Source of the DNA: Spirulina sp.
Lineage (GTDB): Bacteria; Cyanobacteriota; Cyanobacteriia; Phormidesmidales; Phormidesmidaceae
NCBI GenBank assembly: GCA_044070495.1
Contig: JBIPSI010000003.1
Location: forward strand, 64,001-128,000
Reading direction: 5' to 3'
DNA length: 64,000 nucleotides
The first letter of the stretch is position 1, and every line of letters starts with the position of its first letter. Position numbers and translations under genes: made by a program. The notes under the pieces were generated by a model. That model saw nothing but the letters and a program-made list of their open reading frames with translations, had not been told where the DNA came from and made no database searches. This document shows, piece by piece, positions 31,001-39,885 of this stretch.

Positions 31001-32137
31001 GGCATCGGGGTCAAACAATTGGCCATGGCGGGCCGGGAGATAGTCTTCATAAGGGCCACCCCCCTCATACACCAGCCGAAACAAACTCAGCAGCCCCGCC
31101 CACGCGCCATAGCGTTGATCCATCGTGTCGGGATAGGTGCCATTCTCTTCCACCAAACGCTCATACAGCCCCAACACCGAATAATGCTGACCGTAGACCT
31201 CATCATCGGGCATCACATCCCGCTCCTCGGCATAGAGCAAAAAGACCAGCCGCATGAGCGTCGTGATTAAGCCCCCATAGATGTGTCGGCATCCCTCACG
31301 GTTCTGGGATAGTTCCTCCAGAATGGGGCTTTGCACCATCTTGTAGGCGCTCTCAAAGCCCCGTAGCAGTTCCCACAGGGCATCTAACACCTGAGCGGCT
31401 AATTGCTCTGACACCATGGCCTGAGCCTTGCGGCTGGCCTCTAGAACCTTGGTCAGGCGTTGCTCTGGCTGGCTGGCCAGGAGGCTGTTCCGCCCCAACA
31501 GCATTTCCATCGCCCCGAGGATGAGCCGCCCTGAGACTTCCATCATGGCTTGCACGGGAAAGGTCAGATACCCCGATGCTTCACCACGGGGCGCATAGAC
31601 CAGGCGGATATGGGTGCCATTGAAAATTAAGCCGACGGGTTGCTGCTTCTCCCGCAATAAACGCTCAAACTTCTGCTGAGGGGTCGCTTGCCACTTTTGT
31701 TCAGAACCGGGTTCATCCTGATCCAACTCCCAGCCCAAGGGCACGACCTTCACCAGCATCACCCAATCCCCGGCCTTGTCCTTCACCCCGTAGGTAGGCT
31801 CCAAGGTTTCGCCATAGTCCGGGAGGTAGAGGGTAAAGTCCTGGGGGAGTGGGTTGTCTCCCAAACCAGCAATGGTCTTGGCTGGCCACCGCAGAAACTC
31901 AGTCAGGAAGGCTTGGAAACGATCTCCACCCAACCACGCGCCCTGGTAGTCAGACCGCCCTGGCAGGTTCCCCTCAGTAATAAAACCCTTAAACTGCTGT
32001 TGTAGCTCTACGAGTTTGCCACGATCCAGACTAATCTGCGACTGAACCAACGCCGTGGGCTCCACCACCAACCCCACGGGCTGGAGCATCCCAATCCATT
32101 CTTTATGGAAGTATATAGAGCGATCATCGTGAGCCAT
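28094..32137 (-). CDS. drmMI: DISARM class I N6-adenine DNA methyltransferase DrmMI
   Basis: GSHYTP, DLAMGSGAF (SAM binding) and GNPPF catalytic motif; lies between SNF2 helicase and drmA. Confidence 0.9.
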   Translation of the reverse strand: MAHDDRSIYFHKEWIGMLQPVGLVVEPTALVQSQISLDRGKLVELQQQFKGFITEGNLPGRSDYQGAWLGGDRFQAFLTEFLRWPAKTIAGLGDNPLPQDFTLYLPDYGETLEPTYGVKDKAGDWVMLVKVVPLGWELDQDEPGSEQKWQATPQQKFERLLREKQQPVGLIFNGTHIRLVYAPRGEASGYLTFPVQAMMEVSGRLILGAMEMLLGRNSLLASQPEQRLTKVLEASRKAQAMVSEQLAAQVLDALWELLRGFESAYKMVQSPILEELSQNREGCRHIYGGLITTLMRLVFLLYAEERDVMPDDEVYGQHYSVLGLYERLVEENGTYPDTMDQRYGAWAGLLSLFRLVYEGGGPYEDYLPARHGQLFDPDAYPFLEGRQNPTDAITHLPQVSDGVVFRMLDKLLMLKGDRLSYRALSVEEIGSVYEGIMGFEVEVAPGPSLAVRPKDVVIDLAALLARKPADRLSMLKEAECKAEGKVATAVKVAKTILDLQAALDRRISHRTPSVLPMGSLYLQPGEERRRSGSHYTPQKLTQPIVETTLRPILSQLGEHPTAEQILSLKVCDLAMGSGAFLVETCRQLADELVKAWEREKSTPRGALDPLLMARRLVAQRCLYGVDKNPFAVNLAKLSLWLLTLSNDRPFTFVDHALKDGDSLVGLTSKEISSFTKVAQLSLLDSDAQVREQLRQVENYRRSIQETDTTDDDQMSRKYQAWQQVEAILAGPRLAGLMKVGAFFKGKNAKEREQLEQEYQTLLAQGTEAELEAIVASLQQSDRPLTPFHWEIEFPEVFDRKNPGFDAIVGNPPFAGKNTLINGHPDGYLDWLKVVHPESHGNADLVAHFFRRTFTILRKQGTFGLVSTNTVSQGDTRSSGLRVIAKEGCDFYNVTKRVKWQGAAAVVASVTHGYKGQYSGQRYLNCRAVNQITAFFFHDGGNDDPKVLLANKNKSFIGSYVLGMGFTFDDTNPEATPIAEMHRLIEKDSRNAECIFPYIGGEEVNSSPTHAHRRYVINLGEITEEEARKWPDLMAIVEEKVKPARLAQKREVRARYWWRFGETTPALFREIAECDRVLAISRVGNAVAFTFLPNEMVYAESLVVFPLSSYSSFGILQGRIHEIWARFLSSSMKDDLRYSCADCFETFPFPANWETDPALDKIGKTYYEYRADLMIRNNQGLTATYNRFHDPHEDDPDILKLRELHDQMDRAVLDAYGWQDIESTCGFALDYLDVDPEDLPAQAQERVESGDLFFSTAEEAAAFDVLVRSSQAKRGKLPWRYKWPEVIHDDVLARLLDLNQKRYDEEVRLGLHGNAKAIGKGTTKKKGTAKKKGEIIKEEQQGELLFLD

Positions 32138-32177
32138 GGGAGTTACGGAGAATCAGGATCAGGTGAAGGGGGTGGAC

Positions 32178-35100
32178 TTAGCTTGACAGTGGCCATAGAT
32201 AAACCAGACCAACAGGTTCAATGCGATCTGCTTTGACCTCATAGGCTTGGCGAATGCGTTGGGGCTCTTCCTCTAGCTCCTGGTCAATCTTGCTAAGACG
32301 ATCCTCTAAAAATTGAACGTCCATTTTCAACTGCCGTCGCTCCGCATCGGAAAATTCCAAGGTCAACTGCTGAACTGAATCTCGCTTATCCGGCAGTTCC
32401 TTCTCAATCCGTTTCTTCTGGGATTGCAAGAGATCCACCATGGCTTTAGCCTCCCGCTCGCCTCGCTGCGTCAATTCTCGAATCGCCCGTTCCCTTAAGG
32501 TTTCGGAACGCTTCTCCAAGTGGGGTAGCAAATCTGACACATCTTGAGCGGCATAGGCTTGAAATTGAATGGCCTCCTGGGGAGAAACCTGACACAGCTT
32601 AGGGTCGGCCAAGGATTGATTCAACTCTTCCAATACTTCATCCTTATCGCTGATCGTAAGGGGCCGAAGCTTGCCTCGTCCCCGGTGCTCTGGGGCGATC
32701 CACTCTGCCGCAACCGCAAGAATGTCATCATGGAGCCGTGCGGCCCGATTCCCGTAGAGGGATAAACGCCCCAACACAATGACCTTTGGAATTGCTGATC
32801 GGGTTCGACATACACAGGCTCGACTGAGTTCATGGTGAACAAAGCCCTGCGCTAGAAAGCGTCCTAACAGTCGTTGCACCAAGCGGTGTTCTAGGTGGAG
32901 GTGAACAAACTGCCCATCTAGACTATTAGGATCCTCGAAGATTACTGGACGGATAGATGATTCCCGCCGCCACTCTTGAAAATTTTGCCCCTTCCGTCGC
33001 GGTGCCCGTAGGCTGTCTAGGGTAGCCGCCCAGGATGGATCCCCCCCCAATTGCTGCTCTAGGTGGTCTAGATTCCAAGAACTAGAACCTGCCGTAGGCT
33101 GAAGGGGTGATATTCCCATCAAACCGAGAGAAACCGAGAGGGCATCTTGAAAATGATTGACCTCAAACCCTAGCCATTGCCTGGACTGTTCTAGAAGAAT
33201 TTGCAACTCAACTTGTTGGTTCTGAAGCTTAGATTCTTCTTCCCGAACCGCTTCTAATTCCTCTTTAATCACTCGTCCCTTATCTTTAGTCTCTTGATTA
33301 TCTTGATCGGCCTGTTTAATCAGAAGACTAATCTGCTCTGCATCCTGCTTCTGGATCCCTTGTTTCAGGATACGATCTACATTCTTCTCTAGGACTGGAG
33401 ATAGACTACCTAACTCCTTGGCAATTGTGTCTGTTTTCTCCACCAGGGTTTTCAAGACCTGATCCTCAGGCCGCTGGTGATAGACGAAATAATGACAACG
33501 CACCACGGGTTCTCGTTGGAGCTTGCGGTCAATCCGACCATTGCGCTGCTCCATCCGACTAGGATTCCAGGGCACATCGAAATGGAAGAGGTCAGCACAA
33601 TAGTTCTGGAGGTTGACCCCCTCTCGTGCCGCATCGGTGGCAATTAAAATCCTGAGAGGATGATCTTGAGGATTGGCATTAAACGCTGCTTTAATCAGTT
33701 GCCGTTGTTCATCTCCCATCCCGCCATGGAAGGTCGCAATGCGTTCCTCTGCCTGGTCAGTTTGGGCAATCATCTCCTTCAGTTGGATTTCTAGATAACG
33801 CTTCGTATCGGTGTATTCCGTAAAAATTAAGACTCGACGATTATTCCAGACTGCTCCAGGATGACCTAGATCAGGACAGAGATTTTCCTTGAGCCAATCA
33901 AATAATTTAAGGATTCGACCATCGGCCTGATGACGAGCTTTTTCAGCGATCACAGTCATTTCTTCCAACAGGTCTAATTCCCGTTGACTAATGTCTGTCT
34001 CTGAAGTGGCCTGGGTGGCCGCAGCCATCTGGTTATCTTCTTCCTGCTCTAACTCCTGCTCATCTACCTCAGCCCGATCATCATCGAACCCAACACTATT
34101 TTCCAGCAGATCATATTGAGCCAACAGGTGAGGAGCTTGATTCGTTGCCTGTCGTTCAATACTGGCTCGGTGTACCTTGAGCGTCCGGGCAAAAGCCTCA
34201 ATGGACGAGAGTAAGCGCTTTTGCAGCGAGATGACTACCAGCATGGCTGCCCGCTGATTAGACGCTGAGGTCTTTTTCAGTCGCTTCTGACGACAGCTTC
34301 GATATTCTTGCAATAAATCGGACAATACTAATTCAGGGGCATCCTTTGGTAGTCCATCAATGTTAACTGGCTCCACCTTTCGTTCAGGAAAGTCTGTAAT
34401 TTGAATGGCCCTCAGATCCTTCTTGAGCCGCCTTACCATTACATCCTCTAGCAGCTTCTTACTGCGCACTGGTATCCCCCGACAAAAGCGTTGGGGATCT
34501 AACATTTCAAGTAACGCAGCAAAACTATTAGAATGGCCATTGTGAGGTGTGGCCGATAGAAATAGCTTGTGCTCAAACAACGGACATAATTCCCGTACCG
34601 TCTTCGTGAGTTGAGAATCTATGGCATAACGAGAACTACTCGCGGGAGCAGCATTATGGGCCTCATCTAAAATAAATAACGTTTTGCCATCCGTAGCGCT
34701 TAACCAGTCCCTCAACGGGGCTGCATAGGTTTCATCCCGCAACAGCGCATGGGAGATGATAAAACGGTTATGGGTTTTCCATGGGTTAATGCCATATCCC
34801 CGCTGTCGTCGTTTCTGGGCCACATAGGCACGGTCAAACACCTGGAACAACAGTCCAAAACGGCTTTCCATTTCCTCCTGCCATTGCTGCACCACAGAAG
34901 GAGGACAGGAAATCACCATACGTTCGACCTTTTGACGCAGAATCAATTCTCGTAGAATCAAGCCCGCCTCGATTGTTTTACCGAGTCCTACGTCATCGGC
35001 AATAAATAAAGACACCCTCGGCATTTGCAATGCCTTTCGTAAGGGTTCTAACTGATAAGCCTTGACTTGAATCCCAGCCCGATATGGAGATTGGAATAAG

Positions 35101-35405
35101 TTGACTTTAGTAGACGTGACACAGTTCCACCGCAGGGTGTGGAGGTAGGCGGAGAAGCGATCAGGTTGGTCAAATCCTCTTTGTCCCACAACATCCCAAG
35201 AGGAATCCCCGAGAACACGAGCATCTAGTTCTTGGTTCCAAAAGACAGCAAGGGGTTGTCCCTGAGCATCATCCTCGATACAGGCGAGATGAACGGTGGC
35301 ATCTCCCTTCGATTCTTGAGGGCTTTCTACCTGCTGCACCAAATAGCGACGGGAACGAACGTGGACTACCTGACCAGGCATAGGCATTGACCGATCTTCC
35401 ACCAT
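32178..35405 (-). CDS. drmD: DISARM SNF2-family helicase DrmD
   Basis: ADDVGLGKT, DEAH, LSATPH, EGVNLQ and PWNPSRMEQRNGRIDR motifs. Confidence 0.92.
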   Translation of the reverse strand: MVEDRSMPMPGQVVHVRSRRYLVQQVESPQESKGDATVHLACIEDDAQGQPLAVFWNQELDARVLGDSSWDVVGQRGFDQPDRFSAYLHTLRWNCVTSTKVNLFQSPYRAGIQVKAYQLEPLRKALQMPRVSLFIADDVGLGKTIEAGLILRELILRQKVERMVISCPPSVVQQWQEEMESRFGLLFQVFDRAYVAQKRRQRGYGINPWKTHNRFIISHALLRDETYAAPLRDWLSATDGKTLFILDEAHNAAPASSSRYAIDSQLTKTVRELCPLFEHKLFLSATPHNGHSNSFAALLEMLDPQRFCRGIPVRSKKLLEDVMVRRLKKDLRAIQITDFPERKVEPVNIDGLPKDAPELVLSDLLQEYRSCRQKRLKKTSASNQRAAMLVVISLQKRLLSSIEAFARTLKVHRASIERQATNQAPHLLAQYDLLENSVGFDDDRAEVDEQELEQEEDNQMAAATQATSETDISQRELDLLEEMTVIAEKARHQADGRILKLFDWLKENLCPDLGHPGAVWNNRRVLIFTEYTDTKRYLEIQLKEMIAQTDQAEERIATFHGGMGDEQRQLIKAAFNANPQDHPLRILIATDAAREGVNLQNYCADLFHFDVPWNPSRMEQRNGRIDRKLQREPVVRCHYFVYHQRPEDQVLKTLVEKTDTIAKELGSLSPVLEKNVDRILKQGIQKQDAEQISLLIKQADQDNQETKDKGRVIKEELEAVREEESKLQNQQVELQILLEQSRQWLGFEVNHFQDALSVSLGLMGISPLQPTAGSSSWNLDHLEQQLGGDPSWAATLDSLRAPRRKGQNFQEWRRESSIRPVIFEDPNSLDGQFVHLHLEHRLVQRLLGRFLAQGFVHHELSRACVCRTRSAIPKVIVLGRLSLYGNRAARLHDDILAVAAEWIAPEHRGRGKLRPLTISDKDEVLEELNQSLADPKLCQVSPQEAIQFQAYAAQDVSDLLPHLEKRSETLRERAIRELTQRGEREAKAMVDLLQSQKKRIEKELPDKRDSVQQLTLEFSDAERRQLKMDVQFLEDRLSKIDQELEEEPQRIRQAYEVKADRIEPVGLVYLWPLSS

Positions 35406-35833
35406 TACGCTTCCCTCCTTAACTCATACACCCGCTGCCACTCCGCCGCCGTCACCTTGAAGTTAGTAGCATTGGGCTGGCGCAGCACCGTCAATGACTT
35501 CAGCACTGGATCTTGCTTCAGGTCACTTCGCAGCAGGGGCTGCTCCAGCAGCTTGTCCGTGAACCGTAGGGTGGCAAAGGGCTTTGTCCCCAGGCGTGAC
35601 TTATCCAGCCAGTAGCCGATATCAGGCGGCTCCGGCATCGGCTTGGGGGTGTCGATGATTTCTGCCATGGCATAGATCCCGGCCTCTGGCCCTGACATCC
35701 ATATCAGCACTCCATCACCAGGCTGCATGTCCTTGGCATAGCGCGTCACCAGCCAGGGCATTTGAGTGAAGTCTCGAATGCCGTCTAGGATGCGGTAATA
35801 CTTGGGATTTCCTTGAAAGAGCCAGTAGGCCAT
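35405..35833 (-). CDS. EVE-domain (PUA-like) protein
   Basis: 'MAYWLFQGNP...MQPGDGVLIWMSG...GIYAMAEII...QPNATNFKVTAAEW'; stop overlaps the drmD start (TAATG). Confidence 0.85.
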   Translation of the reverse strand: MAYWLFQGNPKYYRILDGIRDFTQMPWLVTRYAKDMQPGDGVLIWMSGPEAGIYAMAEIIDTPKPMPEPPDIGYWLDKSRLGTKPFATLRFTDKLLEQPLLRSDLKQDPVLKSLTVLRQPNATNFKVTAAEWQRVYELRREA

Positions 35834-36102
35834 TAGAGCATCATCCCCAGAACATCCCCACCGCAAAACAAGGCATTAGGAATGCCTGACTACTTTGGGT
35901 TTACCGAAACAACGACCAGGGAGAACGACCAACCCACATAGCCTGGGAATGCCTCAAACTCAGCAGCATCCCCAGCTAGAGATATTTACTTCACTCAGAG
36001 TACCCATCCGTATGACGAAATCACACATTACAAAACTAAATATTCTGACCTTGGGAAAAACCACTTGGCGGGGTTGCTGGAGTTCCACCACCGAGGACAG
36101 AC

Positions 36103-36284
36103 CTACCCCACGACGGTATCCTCCTCCAAGTCTTTGAACGCCTGTTCGAGGGCCATCCTACCCACTGCCGCCTTCTTGCGTTTGGCCTTAGCTGCTGCCT
36201 GGGTAAGCTGCTGGTGCAAGGACTCTGGCATATCCACGGTAAAGCGGATGATGCGCTCTGGGGATGTCGGGGTGGGGTGGCCAT
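36103..36284 (-). pseudogene. Frameshifted ribbon-helix-helix (CopG-like) gene
   Basis: One frame reads ERIIRFTVDMPESLHQQLTQAAAKAKRKKAAVGRMALEQAFKDLEE; the nearest upstream ATG (36284) is one base out of frame across C runs. Confidence 0.55.
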
Positions 36285-36359
36285 GACTTTTTCAGTCGAT
36301 TGAAGTTATTGTTTGATGGGATATTCTTTCAGGCCGATTAAATGGGATTAATTAGATAC

Positions 36360-37058
36360 TTAATCATTGTTATATATTGGTTCTAGGAGGCTGCCATCTT
36401 TTTCAATCTTCGTTTCGGCTTCTTTTTCTTCCTCGTCTTCCTCGTCTTCCTCGTCTAGATCAACTTCCCTCCATACGCCAATGAGATACCCTACTAAGTT
36501 CACTTGGCTCGACAACAGCTCTAGTGTAGGACTATTGTGATTCCAAGACTTGAGAATTACTTTGTCTCCGCTTCTATAAAAACCCGCAAATAGCAATCCC
36601 TCTGTAGTACGAGCAACGACTGCTGTACCATCCTGAACTGAGTCTCGATTTCCTATAGGACGAATTAAGACAACGTCACCCCCGGTAATCATAATGTCCT
36701 TAAATGAACACTCTTTCTCAACCTTAAGGGCAAAATCATCACTCCTGATAGGGATACCGGAAAAGTTCAAGCGTTCTACGGTATCCGTAAAAGCCTCCTT
36801 AACAAAGCCAGCCGCAATTGACCCTAATATAGGAAGCCCTCGACAATCTTCCCGGCAACTTATAGTTCGACCATGGCCTTCGGACCACTCTATATAGCCC
36901 TTGTTTTTTAGATACGTTAAACGAGCAGCCACAGACGAAACGGACTTTAAGCCAAGAGCTTGCATCATTTGGCGTAAAGAGGGGGCATGCTGATGCTTTG
37001 CAATGTATTCCACTATCCAGTCATAAAGTTCCTGTTGGGCGGAAGTGAGGGATTCCAT
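36360..37058 (-). CDS. lexA: LexA-family repressor paralogue with degenerate peptidase domain
   Basis: 'LTSAQQELYDWI...APSLRQMMQALGLKS' wHTH and IAAG cleavage-site motif; 'LLFAGFY' where 'TLKRFY' is expected. Confidence 0.85.
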   Translation of the reverse strand: MESLTSAQQELYDWIVEYIAKHQHAPSLRQMMQALGLKSVSSVAARLTYLKNKGYIEWSEGHGRTISCREDCRGLPILGSIAAGFVKEAFTDTVERLNFSGIPIRSDDFALKVEKECSFKDIMITGGDVVLIRPIGNRDSVQDGTAVVARTTEGLLFAGFYRSGDKVILKSWNHNSPTLELLSSQVNLVGYLIGVWREVDLDEEDEEDEEEKEAETKIEKDGSLLEPIYNND

Positions 37059-37374
37059 ACATAGGGAAGCTAATAGGGTTTCATTGGGGCTTTAAGGATC
37101 TTCTGGGGTTGTGACTGAGCCTGTATGGGTAAATACATTTTGCTACCACTCAAGGGGCTGAAACCCTTGCCGTGCTTGATACAAGTCAAGCTTATCGCTA
37201 GATGACCAGAAGATCCGCCTTTGATTCCTACCGACTCCTCCGATCTAATCCTTCCAGCAAGGTATAGATATGTGAAGCCATGAGCGTAGGCGTGGCAATC
37301 AGCGCGAGATCGCCACGCGATCCTTCAGATAGACAGAGCCAAAGAGTCAGCAGAAATACACAAGCCGTGTAGGC

Positions 37375-37405
37375 TTGACGTTTGGTAATATAGAACATAT
37401 GTTCG
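37375..37405 (+). promoter_or_regulatory. Sigma70-like promoter overlapped by a LexA box
   Basis: TTGACG (37375-37380), 17 nt, TATGTT (37398-37403); AGAACATATGTTCG at 37392-37405. Confidence 0.65.
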
Positions 37406-37409
37406 ACGC

Positions 37410-37498
37410 GTTAAACGACGTTGTGGGACATCCTCTGCAAACCCAAAAAGCAGAAGGTTCATAGGCGGAGCAGTGTTGGAGCACTGCTCCGCCTTTTT
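37410..37498 (+). ncRNA. Candidate ~90-nt small RNA
   Basis: Lies between a consensus promoter and a strong terminator; internal hairpin CCTCTGC/GCAGAAGG; no convincing ORF on this strand. Confidence 0.45.
37463..37498 (+). terminator. Intrinsic terminator
   Basis: 13-bp perfect stem AGGCGGAGCAGTG/CACTGCTCCGCCT followed by TTTT. Confidence 0.8.
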
Positions 37499-37531
37499 AG
37501 TTGTCCTAGGGAGAGAATTAACCTCCTTTAT

Positions 37532-37545
37532 AGTACATACGTTCG
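37532..37545. promoter_or_regulatory. LexA box (cyanobacterial type)
   Basis: AGTACATACGTTCG fits AGTAC-N4-GTWC; overlaps a - strand TGGACA-N18-TACTAT promoter candidate. Confidence 0.65.
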
Positions 37546-37851
37546 ATAATGTTTGTCCATAGGTGATCCTGAATTCTATGGCTATAGGCAAGTCCCTAGA
37601 GGTTTTGAGGCACTCTGGAACTCCCTGAAGGTCTGGATGTAGGTCAAGGACTGAATTTGCTTATATCCACCCAATTGCCTCTACCTTCTCGCCAACCGAC
37701 ACAACCTTGTTCTGCATCGTGTGATTCCTCACATTCGTCAAAGGAAGGGTTTCCATACTCATACGAAAGCCAGATTGGGTGCTCATAGCGTCACTGTTAC
37801 GACGGCCTTTACGACGGGCATTCTGAGGGAATCAACGTAACCTTTGACACC

Positions 37852-39708
37852 ATGGCTACCCTCATCCCCGCCTACAGCGCTGTCTCTGGCCGCATGACCA
37901 ACGGCGAAAAGCGGCTGGCTGAACGGCTGGAAGAGAAGCTAGAGGATGACTACCTGCTTTGGTACGACGTTCCCGTAGGGAAAAAACGGCTGCATCCCGA
38001 CTTCATCATCCTGCACCCCCTGCGCGGGCTGATTGTCTTGGAGGTGAAGGACTGGAGCCTAGACAACATCAAACAGTTCAACCCCGACAGCTTCACGGTG
38101 GTCATGGGCGACGGGGAAAGACCCTGCAAAAATCCCCTCGAACAGGCCCGTGACTACGCCCTCGCCATTGCCAACCAGCTACAGCGGGACAAACAACTCA
38201 CCCAGGCCGCTGGCCCCCACCGTGGCAAACTCGCCTTTCCCTACAGCTACGGGGTGGTCTTCACCAACATCAAGCGCAAGGATTTGGACAAAGCCTACTT
38301 CTTCGAGCCCATGCTAGAAGAAATCCTGCCCTCCACCCTGGTCATTTGCCAGGATGAGATGCTGCCCAGCACCGACCCGCTGGCCTTCCAAGAGCAGCTA
38401 TGGAACCTGGCCACCTACCAATTTGGTGAAACCCTCACCCCAGCCCAGATTGACCGCATCCGCTGGCACATCTTTCCTGAGATTCGCATCAACGATAGCC
38501 TTTCTGGGCCTGCCACCAGCGATGAAGACATCACCATTCCCGATATCCTGCGCGTGATGGATCTCCAGCAGGAGCAACTAGCCCGTAGCCTGGGCGATGG
38601 CCACCGGGTTATCCATGGCGTTGCGGGCTCCGGCAAAACCATGATCCTGGCCTACCGCTGCATCCACCTGGCCGAAACCATCGACAAACCGATCCTCGTG
38701 CTGTGCTACAACGTGGCCCTGGCCGCCATGCTGCGCCAAAAACTTCATGCGGAAGGAGTGGGCCACCGGGTCACCATTCGCAACATCCATAAATGGTGCA
38801 GCGATCTACTGAAGCTGTATCAAATCCCAAGGCCCAGTTCCAACCAATTTAAGGGCGATGCCTACTACGACGAAATCATCCGTCGTGTCCTTAATGCCGT
38901 CACATCAGGCCGGATTCCCGCTGGCCAGTTTGGGGCGGTGATGATCGACGAGGGGCATGACTTCAAATCAGAGTGGTATCAACTGGTGGTGCAGATGGTC
39001 GATCCTGACACCGATTCCCTGCTGGTGCTCTACGACGATGCCCAGAGCATCTACGAGAAACAACAACGGCAAAGCTTCAGCTTCAAGAGCGTGGGGGTCA
39101 AAGCCCAGGGCCGTACCAAGATTTTGCACATCAACTACCGCAACACCCAGGAGATTCTGACCATTGCCTACGAGTTTGCCAAGGAGCTGCTGACCCCCAC
39201 CGAAGGCAAGGATGACGATACCCCCGTCCTGGTGCAGCCGGAAACCGCAGGTCGCCACGGGCCACCGCCACGGTTGATTAAGCTGCCCAGCTTCCGCCAT
39301 GAGGTTGATTACCTAACCCAGCAGGTGCAAGCCTTCCACAATCAAGGAACCCCCTGGAACGATATCGGTATCATCTACCGCACGAAGTTCATGGCCGAAG
39401 AAGTGTCCAAGCACTTCCAGCGAGAAGGTATCCCGGTGGAATGGATCAACCGGGACAAAGCCAGCCGCGACTACAGCACCACCCAGGACAGCATCAAACT
39501 GGTGACGATGCACTCCAGCAAAGGGCTAGAGTTCCCCATCGTCTGCATCCCCGGCCTGGGCTTCATGCCCAACCGCTACGGTGAACCCGACGATGAAGCC
39601 CGGTTGCTCTATGTGGCCATGACCAGGGCCATGGAGCAGTTGGTGATGACCTGCGATAGACAATCCACCTTTGTAGATCGGTTGGAGGGGATGTTGGAGA
39701 AGGCTTAG
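37852..39708 (+). CDS. NERD nuclease fused to SF1 (UvrD-like) helicase
   Basis: N-terminal 'PDFIILHP...LEVKDW...NPLEQA'; GVAGSGKT, IDEGHD, NYRN, TMHSSKGLEF and LYVAMTRA motifs. Confidence 0.9.
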   Translation: MATLIPAYSAVSGRMTNGEKRLAERLEEKLEDDYLLWYDVPVGKKRLHPDFIILHPLRGLIVLEVKDWSLDNIKQFNPDSFTVVMGDGERPCKNPLEQARDYALAIANQLQRDKQLTQAAGPHRGKLAFPYSYGVVFTNIKRKDLDKAYFFEPMLEEILPSTLVICQDEMLPSTDPLAFQEQLWNLATYQFGETLTPAQIDRIRWHIFPEIRINDSLSGPATSDEDITIPDILRVMDLQQEQLARSLGDGHRVIHGVAGSGKTMILAYRCIHLAETIDKPILVLCYNVALAAMLRQKLHAEGVGHRVTIRNIHKWCSDLLKLYQIPRPSSNQFKGDAYYDEIIRRVLNAVTSGRIPAGQFGAVMIDEGHDFKSEWYQLVVQMVDPDTDSLLVLYDDAQSIYEKQQRQSFSFKSVGVKAQGRTKILHINYRNTQEILTIAYEFAKELLTPTEGKDDDTPVLVQPETAGRHGPPPRLIKLPSFRHEVDYLTQQVQAFHNQGTPWNDIGIIYRTKFMAEEVSKHFQREGIPVEWINRDKASRDYSTTQDSIKLVTMHSSKGLEFPIVCIPGLGFMPNRYGEPDDEARLLYVAMTRAMEQLVMTCDRQSTFVDRLEGMLEKA

Positions 39709-39885
39709 CACTTATAGCTTTTGCGCTTAGGAGTGGCGTTTGTATGATTGCCCTTAGCCTTATCTACAAGAGCCTGCATTGCGCCCTTGTCTGTCTTAAA
39801 TTTGGCAAGTGGTTCATCATACTGGTTGATCACTGACAACCAAGTTTCTCTAAGCTAGGATTGCGGTATTTGAGCTATCGGCAGC

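Noticed and set aside
28094..35405. BREX or a simple type IIG restriction-modification system for the SNF2 plus methyltransferase pair
   Set aside because: No PglZ or BrxC is present, and the downstream helicase-DUF1998-PLD trio matches DISARM class I.
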